Positions 53,416 to 64,000 are shown, counted from the first letter of the stretch. The stretch: 64,000 nucleotides of DNA from Corallochytrium limacisporum Hawaii (GCA_002811645.1 PDIP01000014.1:62001-126000), one strand, 5' to 3'. The notes: generated by a model from the sequence alone, not told the origin. Made by a program: numbers and translations.

Positions 53416-55212
53416 ATGCCTACGGCCGCAGAGCTGAAGGACCTTGGCAACAAGGCATTCTCTGCCAAAAACTACGATGAGGCCGTGAACCACTACACGG
53501 CTGCCATTGAGCAGGACCCGTCCAACCATGTGTTGTACAGCAACCGCTCGGCGTGCTACGCTTCTCTGAAGCAGTACGATCAGGCCAAGTTGGATGCGGA
53601 GCAGTGCATCAGTATCAAACCTGACTGGCCCAAGGGCTACTCTCGTCTGGGCACTGCCAACGAGTTCCTGGGTGATATGGAGGGCGCCATCAAGGCCTAC
53701 GAGAAGGGTCTCGAAATTGATCCCAATAATGCCCAGCTCCGTCGGGAGGCTGAGGCCGCTGCATCCCGTGCCATGGGTGGCCCTGGAGGACAGGACCCGA
53801 TTGCGCAGATTTTCCAAGACCCAGAACTCTTTGCAAAGCTGAGCACCAACCCGCAGACCAGCGCGCTCATGGCGGACCCGACCTTTGTAGCACAGATTCA
53901 GCAGATCCAACAGAACCCCGCCATGGCTCGCAGTATCCTCCAAAGCAATCCAAATCTGGCCATGGCTGCCGTGGCATTGCTGGGTCTGAATATGCAACCT
54001 GGAGGTGCGCCAGGAGCACCGCCCAACGGTGGCGCTGGTGGTCCCATGATGACCGAAGAAGAGCGCCAGGAGCAGGAGAAGCGCATGCGGGAGGAAATGG
54101 AGCGTGAGCGTAGGAATCGCGAAGAGGACGAGCGCCGCCGCAAGGAACGAGAGGAGGAGCAAAAGGTCAAGGAAGACGAAGAAGCCCGCAAGAAGGCTGA
54201 AGCCGAGGCCCGCCTGGCCGCCAATCCGAACATTGGGCTGGCGGAGGAAGCCAAGGCCGAGGGCAACAAGCACTACAAGGCCAAGGAGTTTGAGCAGGCC
54301 ATTGCCTGCTACAGCAAAGCCATTGAACTCGATCCCGACACAATTAACTACTACAGCAACCGTGCGGCTGTCTATTTTGAAATGAAGGACTTTGACAATT
54401 GCATTGCCGACTGCCAGAAGGCTGTAGAAGTCGGCCGTGCCCACCGCGCCGACTACAAGCTGGTCTCCAAGGCGCTGACCCGCGAAGGTTGGGCCCTCAA
54501 GCAACAGGGCAAGCTAGAGGATGCCATCAATATCCTTAACAAGGCCCTCACTGAACACCGCAATCCAGACACCCTGGACAAACTGCGCAAGACCGAGAAG
54601 GAGCTGCGGGACCTCAAGGCTGCTGAGTACCAAAGCCCGGAGCTGGCCGAGAAGGCCCGCTCGGAGGGCAATGAGCTGTTCAAGGCCAAAAAATTCCCGG
54701 AGGCCATCAAGGCCTATGAGGAGGCTATCAAGCGCGCACCAGAGGACCCACGCGGTTACTCGAATCGCGCTGCAGCGTTCATGAAGATGGCCTACTGGCA
54801 CGACGCCATTAAGGACTGCGACGCCGCCATTGGCAAGGACGAGGCCTTCATCAAGGCCTACACGCGCAAAGCTCAGTCGCAGGTCGCGCTCAAGGAGTAC
54901 ACCAAGGCCCTGGAGACGCTGGAAGCCGCCAACAAGGTGAGCCCCGGCAACACTGAGATTGAGGAACAGATGCGCTGGGTTATGACCAAGTCGATGGAAG
55001 GCGCCCAGAACGAGAGCTTGGAGGAGCGTCAGAAGCGCGCCATGCAGGACCCCGAGGTGCAGGGGATCCTCGCCGACCCGGCCATGCAGCTTATTCTGCA
55101 GCAAATGAGCCAGGACCCGCAGGCTGCCCAAGATCATTTGCGCAATCCGCAGGTTATGGCCAAGGTCCAGAAATTGGCTGATGCCGGCATCATCCAATTC
55201 GGCCGCCAGTGA
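53416..55212 (+). CDS. STI1: Hsp70/Hsp90 organizing protein (STI1/HOP)
   Basis: TPR1-DP1-TPR2A-TPR2B-DP2 architecture, with NHVLYSNRSA, KALTEHR and DPEVQ.IL.DP.M..IL.QM..DP. Confidence 0.96.
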   Translation: MPTAAELKDLGNKAFSAKNYDEAVNHYTAAIEQDPSNHVLYSNRSACYASLKQYDQAKLDAEQCISIKPDWPKGYSRLGTANEFLGDMEGAIKAYEKGLEIDPNNAQLRREAEAAASRAMGGPGGQDPIAQIFQDPELFAKLSTNPQTSALMADPTFVAQIQQIQQNPAMARSILQSNPNLAMAAVALLGLNMQPGGAPGAPPNGGAGGPMMTEEERQEQEKRMREEMERERRNREEDERRRKEREEEQKVKEDEEARKKAEAEARLAANPNIGLAEEAKAEGNKHYKAKEFEQAIACYSKAIELDPDTINYYSNRAAVYFEMKDFDNCIADCQKAVEVGRAHRADYKLVSKALTREGWALKQQGKLEDAINILNKALTEHRNPDTLDKLRKTEKELRDLKAAEYQSPELAEKARSEGNELFKAKKFPEAIKAYEEAIKRAPEDPRGYSNRAAAFMKMAYWHDAIKDCDAAIGKDEAFIKAYTRKAQSQVALKEYTKALETLEAANKVSPGNTEIEEQMRWVMTKSMEGAQNESLEERQKRAMQDPEVQGILADPAMQLILQQMSQDPQAAQDHLRNPQVMAKVQKLADAGIIQFGRQ

Positions 55213-55409
55213 GTATGTCCTATGCGCGGCCCCGAGTCATAGGCCCACACACACGGCACCAATTAAAAGAAAATTAGAACTTCATAGGTATCGATAAGTT
55301 TATCTTCGACAGCATCGACTGTCCAAGCGAACTTTTTTCTCGTGCCTCTCTCAGAAGGCACATGAATCGGCATGTACTTTAGGTTTTTCATATATTTGAT
55401 TCACAGACG

Positions 55410-57761
55410 TCACAGCCCGGCCGGGGGATTACGGAATGATGACGCAAATTGATTGTTGGTCCCGCTGTGCTCCATCGTCTGACTGAGATTGAGCAAGGCT
55501 GCCCTCATGTGGTCGAAACTGTCATTGCGGTGTGTGTTCGCGACGTCGAGGCGTTGTAGTGTACCGGTGAGGACGTGGGAGAGCTCACCGAAATCAGACT
55601 TGAGGCGGCGGTATTTGCGGCGAATGCGGGCCATTTCCGCCTCCATCTCCCCGGCGCTGTGTGTGCCACGATACGTCGGTGCAAGCACAGGCTGGTGGCT
55701 GTGTTGATAGTGACCACCGCAGCAGTGGGGGGTCTGCACCATGGGCTGATGCTGTGCCCTGACCTGGTAGGGACGATCATCCACTTCTTGGCACAGGCGT
55801 GTGCACTTGTCTTCCAGAGCACGAATCTGGGTTTCCTTGGCGGCGAGAGTATTGTCGATGGTGTGCAACTGAGCCGCCTGGTTCGCCTCCGCGCTCCTGA
55901 GCTTGTCCAGCGCCTGTACCTTAATCTCGCGGACCAGTCGGTACAGCTCTTGCTCTACATCCGCAAAGCGCATGTGGTCTTCATCCACAGCCCTCATCGT
56001 CTGACTGTCGCTGTTGCCAATCTCGGCATTGAGACGGTTCACCATGTGGACCAGGCGACTCTTGCACTGTTTCAGCGCCCTGGCATATTTCTTGATCTTT
56101 TCGGCCAGGTGTTCACGCTCCCGCCGCAGTTCTTCCATTTCCTGACGCAATTGGCGATCACCGTCATTGGCAGCAGCTGCCTCTGCCTCGGAGAATGCCT
56201 TTTGCTGCATCGCCGCATCCAGTGCACGTTGCAGCTCTTGCATTTCTTTCCGCACAGTGTCCACCTCAACCACCAACCGCGCGTTGGCAGCTTGAAGCTG
56301 ACGGGCCTCTGTCTCGTGGCCACTCCTGAGCTCCGTTTCCCTGGCGTTGATCTCCGCTTCCAGTTGCTCGCGGATCTGGGCTTCCTGGGTCCGAAGGGTC
56401 TCTTCGCGAGCGTGGGTCTCGGCATTTGCCTCACTGAGTTTCGTCTCCTGCTCACGGATTGTCACCTCAGCTACGTGTAGCTTTGTTTGCAGCGACAACG
56501 TCTGAGCCCGCTCCTCGGCCAAGGCGGTCTGCATGGACTGATTGCCGGTCCTAAGGATACCCAGTTCGTCGAGCAAGGAAGCCAGTTCCCTCTGGGTGGA
56601 TGACTGCTGCTCCTGACTTGATTGTTCGGTGGCTGATTGCTGTTGCTGTAGCGTGTTCAGCTCCTGAGCCAACTGCTGCCGGTTGGTACGCAACATATCG
56701 TTCTCGGTCTCGAGTTCCTGCACGGCCGTGGCCATGGTGTCATAGTCCAGTTGCAGAGCCTCCATCCGGCTCTTCAAAGTCCGAACCTGCACGAACGGAT
56801 CTGCTTCCGTCTGCTGAGCATAGTCTACGCAAACGGGCGTGTTTTGTGTCGTGCCGCTGTGCTCTGCTCGCAGTTCTGTGAGTTCTTGGTGCAGCACAGT
56901 TGTCTCCTGCCGCAGCTCGGCCTCCAGCTCGTCAAATGTCGCCCGCTCGTCCATAATGGTTTGCCGAAGCATGGTATTGGAATCCTGCAGCTTGGCAACA
57001 ACATCCTCAAGGTTCGCATAGCTCTGCTGCAGCGTGCGCAGCTCGCCCTTGGTCGGCGTCACGTATTCGTTGAAGGCATCTTCAGTGTTCCGGGTCCCGA
57101 CGGAACGGTCTGTGGTCACTGTCCTTGGATGGATGTGAATGTTGTCGTCTGTGTTGCACGCGCGCGAGCTGGTCTCGGGGGGAGTCGGCATGGCTGCGAC
57201 AGCCTTGCGTACCTCCTGCAACTCCTGTTCCAGACGATCCTTTTCCAGGTATACAGCCTCAAGTTCATCGCGTGCTATGGCCTCAGCCTCGTCATGTTGG
57301 AGATTTACCATTTTGAGCCGGTTGGTCAGCTCAATAATTTGTTTCTGCGCGCCGTCCCGCTCTTGTTTCAGGTCTTCGTTGAGTTCGTGGTCATGCTTCA
57401 GAGACTCAAGTTTCACCTTAAGTGCTATATTTTCTGTGAGCAGTTCCTGCTTAGAAAGATCCCGGCCACCCCGAGCACCCAAATGTTCTTCAAGGTAGTG
57501 GATGCGAAGTTTGAGATCAAAGTTTTCCTTACGTACCGCAACCACGAAATCTTGCTGCTGTTTCAAAGTCCATTGCTGTTGTTGGTGGTTTTGACTGGCC
57601 GACTTTCCCAGTGGATCTCTGTTACTAGTGGTTGACTGTGCCATCAAATCGGCTTCCCGAGACCGGTTTAACTCGTTTAGACTCAAAGCTGCCTCAGCCT
57701 CGGGGCTCAACTTCATCAAGTTGGCCCGGTCCTGCAAAGGCGTTGACAACGCGATTGGCAT
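55410..57761 (-). CDS. Centrosomin-motif 1 (CM1) coiled-coil gamma-tubulin complex anchor (Mto1/Pcp1/CDK5RAP2-like)
   Basis: TLKQQQ..RKENFDLKLRIHYLEE (Cnn_1N) followed by a long coiled coil. Confidence 0.82.
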   Translation of the reverse strand: MPIALSTPLQDRANLMKLSPEAEAALSLNELNRSREADLMAQSTTSNRDPLGKSASQNHQQQQWTLKQQQDFVVAVRKENFDLKLRIHYLEEHLGARGGRDLSKQELLTENIALKVKLESLKHDHELNEDLKQERDGAQKQIIELTNRLKMVNLQHDEAEAIARDELEAVYLEKDRLEQELQEVRKAVAAMPTPPETSSRACNTDDNIHIHPRTVTTDRSVGTRNTEDAFNEYVTPTKGELRTLQQSYANLEDVVAKLQDSNTMLRQTIMDERATFDELEAELRQETTVLHQELTELRAEHSGTTQNTPVCVDYAQQTEADPFVQVRTLKSRMEALQLDYDTMATAVQELETENDMLRTNRQQLAQELNTLQQQQSATEQSSQEQQSSTQRELASLLDELGILRTGNQSMQTALAEERAQTLSLQTKLHVAEVTIREQETKLSEANAETHAREETLRTQEAQIREQLEAEINARETELRSGHETEARQLQAANARLVVEVDTVRKEMQELQRALDAAMQQKAFSEAEAAAANDGDRQLRQEMEELRREREHLAEKIKKYARALKQCKSRLVHMVNRLNAEIGNSDSQTMRAVDEDHMRFADVEQELYRLVREIKVQALDKLRSAEANQAAQLHTIDNTLAAKETQIRALEDKCTRLCQEVDDRPYQVRAQHQPMVQTPHCCGGHYQHSHQPVLAPTYRGTHSAGEMEAEMARIRRKYRRLKSDFGELSHVLTGTLQRLDVANTHRNDSFDHMRAALLNLSQTMEHSGTNNQFASSFRNPPAGL

Positions 57762-58227
57762 TTTTATTTTTGTTGTTGATGAGTTTCGAAGATCGCCTGT
57801 GATACATGGACTGCCAAGTCTACTTCAGACGTTTGTGTAGCTGTGCAGTAGGTCCTTTGCACCCAATATCTCAATCGTACTCTCTGTCTGCCGCCTTCTC
57901 CCCCCGCCCCGCGAGCCACCCGCCTTCTCTGGGGCTGCGCTCAAATCTCCCGCGCCAAAAATTGGCTCGGTCACACCGCCGCGCAGCATTCCCAATAAAT
58001 ATGTATCTGCTGAATAACCAAGGAGAGAGATGCGCTCCTATACTGAATGTACTGGATCCATCGAATTCGGTACATTCACTGCTGGCCTCGTCCGGGGAGG
58101 AATTACACTGCGAGCGTTGCGGCGCCCGAACTGACTTGCCCAGTACTATATATATTAAATTTTTTCACATTTCTTTCAGGAAGGAGCAGCAACTCTCAGG
58201 TAATCTGAAGGATTGGTTCCTGACCAA

Positions 58228-58299
58228 TCCGCCATGGTCTAGTGGCTAGGATTTGTGGCTCTCACCCACACGGCCCGGGTTCGATTCCCGGTGGCGGAG
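58228..58299 (+). tRNA. tRNA-Glu (CTC)
   Basis: Acceptor stem TCCGCCA/TGGCGGA, anticodon arm TGTGG-CTCTCAC-CCACA, T-loop GGTTCGATTCC, downstream T-run. Confidence 0.96.
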
Positions 58300-58694
58300 T
58301 ACTACCATGGCTTCTTGCCCAACTTTTTTTTTTCCTTTTTTTCTTGTCCCCTCCCGACGCCCCTGTGCGCAAACCTACTGCTTGGATGGAGCATTTTCTT
58401 TTTTTTGGATCCTGCTCATGATGTTCCAAGAGTAATCGCAGTGGAAGATGTGCTCCCTCATTCGTGGCTCGGGAAGGGGGAGGCGGACAGAGCCTGCGAA
58501 CGATCAATTTCATGAGCGGGCGCGAAGACCGGGGGCAGGGAGACACCCCGGGCAATTACGCCACAACCTCGCTAGATTGCTCGATGCGCGCGGTATTACG
58601 CTATAAAATTATGAGGAAATTTAGCTGATGAGCAACTCGAATATGCGAAACATGACACGGAAGTACGAAATTTTCAATTAACTTTTGCATTAGG

Positions 58695-58907
58695 ATGGAA
58701 CGAGGAAACGAAATTTTCCTTTCCAAGGCGGCAAAGGATGCGCAGCGGATAAACCAACCGATCGACCTGCATGAACATTTGGAAACGAAGGAACTCATTG
58801 AAACAATGGCGAAGCATGCGGCTGCACACATTGAAGACACGGAATGGATGTACTTACCTCTTGCAAGCCGAAACGGGGGAACTAGTTCAGGGCCCAGAGG
58901 AGCCTGA
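58695..58907 (+). CDS. Small protein, possibly APC/C subunit Apc16-like
   Basis: 70-aa helical ORF ending IEDTEWMYLPL, resembling the APC16 C-terminal LEADEWRFKPI. Sits in a gene-sized slot convergent on the next gene. Confidence 0.4.
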   Translation: MERGNEIFLSKAAKDAQRINQPIDLHEHLETKELIETMAKHAAAHIEDTEWMYLPLASRNGGTSSGPRGA

Positions 58908-58986
58908 TAAGTTTGGAGCTATGAGTCTAAATGTACTATAAACATACTATTGCGAACATGAGATCGCCACTGCAGATACTATTGGT

Positions 58987-60321
58987 TCAACCCTCCTGTT
59001 TTTCATGGTCAGGAAAATAGTTAATGCCAACGTCTTGCTTCTTCGCTGGCTGGTATTCAAGTCCAGATGGAAGATGTAGAGATTCGGCAAGTGAGTTGAT
59101 GCTCAGTCTGTGCACGCGCTGCAACCGCGGGAAGAAGAATATACTAAATATGCAGCTAAAGAAACAGATGACCGCGTAGCCCGCGAATGTGGCACCGCCT
59201 CCGACTGCCTGAAGGATTGGCGAGATCGACTGTGTTACCGCGAAGGCAAGCAACCAATTGAAAACTGTAGAAGTCGTCGCACCAAAACCGGCTGGTTCAA
59301 AGTACTCACCCACCACAGACCAAGGGATGGGCCCCAGACCCAAGTTAAAGGCCGCAATGTATATGAAGACGGCAGCCAGGGCCAGACCAGTGTACTTTGC
59401 GTCGACATCATCAGTGCTACCCTCACCCAGACTGCCTTGAATTAGCTCTTCGTCCTGAACGAAGAAGAATGTTGAGAGCATCACCAGGCTGACCATCATA
59501 CCGGCAGAGGAAGACAAGAGGAGCACCTGTTTTCCTACTCGATCAACAATGAAAAGACTAACCACGCTTGCCACCACAAGCACCAAAAAGGTATAGCACG
59601 AAATCACATCGGGCTCCCCGAATCCTGCAATGTCCGCCAGTGGGCCAATAAAGAATACTACGACATTGATACCGGACAGCTGTTGGAAAAACATAAGAGT
59701 GTAGCTGATAATGTACGGCGCCTTGGAGTCCACCGCCTTCAACAGCCTCGGAGAGGAAGGGTTACGATTACGCTCTGGATTGCGGACAATAGCCATCAGA
59801 ATGACACCCGCCGCGCCTGAGACACACGCACTGATCCATGCCAGGTCTCGCCATCCAGCAAAGAGTCCAAAAACATTGACCAAAAGGATCCCGCTGCTAA
59901 TGCCCACTTGGGTTATTGACCCAAACGCCCCCTCTGTGCCCGGAGTTGCCATCTCGTTGAGGAAAAGGGGGGCGCAAACTGTTGTGGCGCCTAATGCTAA
60001 GCCAGTGATGATCCTGCCCAGAAGAAGGACTCCAAAGTCCTGGGCCACAGCCTGGATCACCCAGCCCAGGCTCATAGTCACACATTCTAAAATAAGACCC
60101 CTGTAGGCACCTTGAAATCGAACGAAAAACCCGAAGAGACCTGCACCCACAGCCGCAGCAAGAGATAAAACCCCTGAATAAGTGCTGCTCTCGAAGTCAC
60201 TGAGACCGAGCTCATCCGTAATTTCTGTTAAACTTGGTGAGGTGTACGAAAGAGAGAACCCGGCCACTACAGTGGCCAGACCCCCCACAAGCGCAGAGAG
60301 AAGAACCGACGGTTCAATCAT
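58987..60321 (-). CDS. MFS sugar porter, GLUT6/8-ERD6-Tret1-like
   Basis: 12-TM pattern with SYTSP, GRIITG, FLNEMA, QQLSGINVVVFF, VDRVGK and LGLGPIPW..GE.F. First ATG is 60321. Confidence 0.9.
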   Translation of the reverse strand: MIEPSVLLSALVGGLATVVAGFSLSYTSPSLTEITDELGLSDFESSTYSGVLSLAAAVGAGLFGFFVRFQGAYRGLILECVTMSLGWVIQAVAQDFGVLLLGRIITGLALGATTVCAPLFLNEMATPGTEGAFGSITQVGISSGILLVNVFGLFAGWRDLAWISACVSGAAGVILMAIVRNPERNRNPSSPRLLKAVDSKAPYIISYTLMFFQQLSGINVVVFFIGPLADIAGFGEPDVISCYTFLVLVVASVVSLFIVDRVGKQVLLLSSSAGMMVSLVMLSTFFFVQDEELIQGSLGEGSTDDVDAKYTGLALAAVFIYIAAFNLGLGPIPWSVVGEYFEPAGFGATTSTVFNWLLAFAVTQSISPILQAVGGGATFAGYAVICFFSCIFSIFFFPRLQRVHRLSINSLAESLHLPSGLEYQPAKKQDVGINYFPDHEKQEG

Positions 60322-61592
60322 TGTCACCTGTCTAGAATTCGGGACGACAGTCTTACCAATTCCCAAAGATCACTCACATGACCATGCTGTCGTCAAGTAC
60401 GTAACGGGATAGCGTTGTGCGTATGTGGGCCTACAAGCCGTCGCGGGCTTGCACCAAAGGCGCCTACTGTTCCTCTACCCTGCAATCACTCGGGAGGGAA
60501 TGCTGTCCACCCAGCCGATTTCTAAGATACCGGGTTACCCCTCCCCTCGTTCACTCTGCGTTCGTACGTGCTAAGTTCCACCTAGGATTGCAACAGTAAA
60601 GAGGAAGACGGTGTAATATACTGCGTCAGCGCGGACCCACTTCAATACCGCCCGCCTCCCACCCCCACTGCTCCTTCCTTCTTCAATACGCACTCGCGCC
60701 CGGCTTGGGCCCCCCTTCCACTTTTGGCCCTCCAGCCAGGTCCCGCACCGAATGTACGTGACTCAGGCAGGAGTCTATTATTAAGTCTTGTGCCGGCGGG
60801 GACTCGAACGCTTTGGCGCAGATATTTGTGGAATCATAGAATATTAAGTACTTGTGGATTTCGGCCCAGGGGATGGGCGTTTGGTATCCAATGTATTGTA
60901 AGTTGGGAGTTCAGAAGTGAAATAACCCCCCCCCCTTCTATCCGCAGTTCCCAACCTACTGCCGTCCCTAGGGGTTTTCTTTTGTAATACATTGATTATG
61001 GAGGTGGCCGGACTCGGGGGCATTTGTTATGGCTTTTCGGGTTCGCCAGTACTCAGCGAAACCTCAGGCCGTTCCCGAGGGCGCTCACTCGCAATTGGCT
61101 GTTGCACAGAGAGACATTACCACAACACCTCACGAAACACACAGGACACCACGGGTACTGCACTCCCTCTCCGTTCGGATCGTCTTCCCTACGGTGTATA
61201 ACACATTAAGGAAGCAGGAGGTTTGTGCCGCTTTTTTTTTTTTTGTTTTTCGTTGTGGTCTCGGTTCGGAGTAAGGGAGGGAGTCCATTGTTTTGACTTT
61301 CAAAGGGTGGGGAGGGAGAGCCCAGGAGTGCGACCAAGAGATTTCCAGCCAATGGGGGGTTTTTCGGGGCAGTTAGAGCGAGCATATAAACCGTTTGGTT
61401 TTCATGCAGGCGATCATTGTTGTAACTGAAGTGTTGTATGCTTCCGGACGGTTGATCCAGGATTGACACTACACACCAGGAGAGATCGTATAAAAGTGAA
61501 GCGTCTCTGGAAATGAAGACGCTGGTCCGTTACGCGCAGGATAGCGGGAAGAGGATACCGAATAGAACGCACGTCCAAAGAACCTTTCAGTC

Positions 61593-62693
61593 ATGTCTCA
61601 GGTTTTTCCATTAGCACAGAATCCGGTGAAGCCGGTTGTGTGCCATGCATGGAATGGTGATTTTACAAAGATTGCCATCTGCCCAAACACACCGACAGTG
61701 CAGATCTTTGAGCTAAAGAATGGTGCATGGGTACTTGAGACTGAGTTGGATAAACACACTGATATTGTGACTGGTATGGATTGGGGAAAGAAGAACAACA
61801 AGCTGATTACTTGCAGCCAGGATAGGGATGCACATGTGTGGAGCCCTGGTGAGTGGAATCCTACTTTGGTGGTTCTCAAGTTTTCTCGAGCGGCGACCGG
61901 AGTGCGTTGGAGCCCAAACGAAGACAAGGTGGCTGTGACATCAGCGTCTAAGCAAATTGGAGTTTGTTACTATGAAGAGCACAACGACTGGTGGGTCAGT
62001 CGCAATGTGAAGAAAGAGATCGACTCCACCGTGCTTTGTGTAGACTGGCATCCGAACAATTGGGTCATCGCTGCCGGCTCTGCAGATTTCAAGGTGCGGA
62101 TTTTTAGTGCTTATCTGAAGGAACGTGAAGAGCGGCCAGAGAAGGGTGAATGGGGAGGCGGTAACTTTGGCTCTGTTCTCACTGAGTTCAGTACCGGGGG
62201 CTGGATTAATGAGGTGTCATTCTCTCCTGATGGCACCCAGCTTGCATGGTGCACTCATGACTCGAGCGTGACGGTGGTGGATGCTAAGAAGGGCTTGGAA
62301 GCCGCATCTGCCACCCAGACTGTGCGCATGCCGATCTTGCCATTGAATTCCATCTTCTTCTTCTCAGAAGACCACATTGTTGGCGCAGGGCACGACTTCC
62401 AGCCGTATCTTTTGACTTCTGCTGCTGGTAAGTGGCAGCTCACTGGTAAGCTTGACAAGACCGAACAGCCCAAGGCTGCTTCTGCAAACAGCGCCATGGC
62501 GAAATTTAAACAGATGGATTCCCGTGGCCAGGAGCGAAAGGACACCGAGGCCTTGACTCAGCACAAGAACACCGTCAACGAGATTCGTCGCTACAAGAAA
62601 GATCAGTTCTCTACTGTGGCCAGCGATGGCAAGCTGGTCATCTGGGACTCCATGTCCACGCTCGAGAGCAAGATGGAACGCCTAAAGGTCTGA
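61593..62693 (+). CDS. ARPC1: Arp2/3 complex WD40 subunit p41
   Basis: CHAWNGD..IAICPN, TCSQDR.A.VW, PTLV.L, CYYEE.NDWWVS, DWHPN and HKNTV. Confidence 0.95.
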   Translation: MSQVFPLAQNPVKPVVCHAWNGDFTKIAICPNTPTVQIFELKNGAWVLETELDKHTDIVTGMDWGKKNNKLITCSQDRDAHVWSPGEWNPTLVVLKFSRAATGVRWSPNEDKVAVTSASKQIGVCYYEEHNDWWVSRNVKKEIDSTVLCVDWHPNNWVIAAGSADFKVRIFSAYLKEREERPEKGEWGGGNFGSVLTEFSTGGWINEVSFSPDGTQLAWCTHDSSVTVVDAKKGLEAASATQTVRMPILPLNSIFFFSEDHIVGAGHDFQPYLLTSAAGKWQLTGKLDKTEQPKAASANSAMAKFKQMDSRGQERKDTEALTQHKNTVNEIRRYKKDQFSTVASDGKLVIWDSMSTLESKMERLKV

Positions 62694-62804
62694 GTTACAA
62701 CAGCAACCGTCACGCTATAAGCTTGATCAGCAGTAGGGGAATAAAAAAAAACACAGATGACGTTCTCAACTAGGATCACTTATAGTGATCGCAGTAATAC
62801 AATA

Positions 62805-63983
62805 TCATGCTTCGGGCCTGCTTCGCATAAACTCATCAGAATTATCTAAGACCTTCCCCACAAAGAAGCGCTCACTCACGAAGGCCACCCGCGGCCTACC
62901 ACCGTTCGGGTTCTCGGCTCGTTTGTGCACTTGGGTCGCAGCTTCCTTGTATCTTTTCACTTTGAAATGACTTTCACTAGCTATGATAATGATGCCATGA
63001 ATGCTGGAGACCGATGGCATTTCGTCTTCCAGGGCAGGGTTTACCCACGACATCGTTTTTCCCAGATCTCGAAAAACGTCAATGATGGGGTCTGTCGCTC
63101 CCAGAAGGACATACCGATACTTGGTCAAGACGTGGGGAGCGTATTGCTTACAGCACTGTCCAATCCGTTCATTGAACAGGTCTCTTCTGTGAATGACAAC
63201 TTTACCCTGTAGCAGCATTTTGATGAGGTGGACCCTCCCGATTTCCGTCTCCACGTCATCTACGATCACAACATCGTATTCCAACCTGTGTACCTCAGGA
63301 CAGAAAGCAACGAGTCCCAACTCCCTGGCTCTCTCTTTCTCTCTGTCGCTAAGGCGGCTTGCCCCGTTCAGGAACTCGTGATAAACCAGTCCGCTAAGTG
63401 TACGTTCCAACCGCAGTCGTTTTGGCTCCCTTGTCTCTTTGGGACCGTCATCTTGTGGCACAGCCTCGAAGGGACGCTTGGCTGGAGACTGGATGGAGAC
63501 TACAGTTCTCGCATTTGACAAAATGCCACTAGCAACCAATTCTTTAAAAAACTCTCGAGAGCATATGTCACCGGCTGTGAGGATTGATGAGCCGTATTGT
63601 GCACTGCATTCTTGTGGCTTGTGTCCGTGTTTAAGATCTTCATTCTCCGCAAAGAGATACTCCAGCAGACCCTTGTTTGAATTCACGATGCATTGGAGAA
63701 GGTTGGCTCGGTGAAGTGCCTGCTGGTACTTGCGCGACATACTGCTATCCCTGGTGTCGCCCCCCTGAGAAGCATTCCGATCCTTGTCACCAACAGAAGA
63801 CGACAAGGATGCGCATGGTGAAGTATGGTCCAAAAGACCCATTGTTTCATCCCTAATTCCGTTTTTGATTATGTCTATCAATATGTCACGCAATTTAAGA
63901 ACATGGAGATAGGTATGCGCAACGTCTCGACAAGATATGTAATCTGTACGCGCCCTGCCCTCCGTGTCTTCACCAGCTTTCAT
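62805..63983 (-). CDS. Hypothetical protein, possibly degenerate tandem BRCT C-terminus; may extend beyond the window
   Basis: 392-aa ORF with protein-like composition, open to the window edge upstream of ATG 63983. LIKMLLQGKVVI and VAFVSERFF resemble BRCT helix/strand ends only weakly. Confidence 0.6.
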   Translation of the reverse strand: MKAGEDTEGRARTDYISCRDVAHTYLHVLKLRDILIDIIKNGIRDETMGLLDHTSPCASLSSSVGDKDRNASQGGDTRDSSMSRKYQQALHRANLLQCIVNSNKGLLEYLFAENEDLKHGHKPQECSAQYGSSILTAGDICSREFFKELVASGILSNARTVVSIQSPAKRPFEAVPQDDGPKETREPKRLRLERTLSGLVYHEFLNGASRLSDREKERARELGLVAFCPEVHRLEYDVVIVDDVETEIGRVHLIKMLLQGKVVIHRRDLFNERIGQCCKQYAPHVLTKYRYVLLGATDPIIDVFRDLGKTMSWVNPALEDEMPSVSSIHGIIIIASESHFKVKRYKEAATQVHKRAENPNGGRPRVAFVSERFFVGKVLDNSDEFMRSRPEA

Positions 63984-64000
63984 CTCACTTCTAGCATGAT

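Noticed and set aside
53308-54504. 398-aa antisense ORF over STI1 (likewise 42815-43510, 49093-50043, 55575-56480 and 56751-57635 over other genes)
   Set aside because: Shadow ORFs caused by codon bias of the real gene on the opposite strand; no domains.
60790-60812. GTTCGAGTCC B-box-like sequence on the minus strand
   Set aside because: No T-stem pairing, A box or cloverleaf; not a tRNA.
1-64000. CRISPR arrays, rRNA genes, autonomous transposons, prokaryotic operons
   Set aside because: None seen: the gene content is eukaryotic, with no repeat-spacer arrays and no transposase or reverse-transcriptase ORFs.

Overview
Eukaryotic nuclear DNA from a compact, almost intron-free genome with about 27 protein-coding genes and 2 tRNA genes. 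Animal-type genes (NEK4, FAN1, INTS11, STRAP, COPS9, FAM185A, LRRCC1-like, Ac45/ATP6AP1) sit beside fungal-type ones (LYS1 saccharopine dehydrogenase, DUF2408/Cub1-like, Alr/Mnr-type CorA). This suggests a unicellular holozoan; a Corallochytrium-like pluriformean is my inference, not something the sequence proves. Main points: (1) a 90-aa microprotein (19146-19418) carries a VGLL4/Tgi-type Tondu (TEAD-binding) motif and lies downstream of an ~8.8 kb region without recognisable genes that is dense in TEAD/MCAT sites (CATTCC), suggesting a pre-metazoan Vestigial-like/TEAD feedback module; (2) the only clear coding-region introns are two in DDX51/DBP6, and they appear to host box C/D snoRNAs, one snR57-like; (3) a cytochrome P450 is interrupted by one in-frame UGA-C; (4) a bacterial-type arginase-family gene; (5) recurrent C-tract/G-tract palindromes in promoter regions; (6) a 39-bp perfect inverted repeat. 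A 307-N assembly gap lies at 52517-52823. All family calls and motif counts were made by eye, without database searches.
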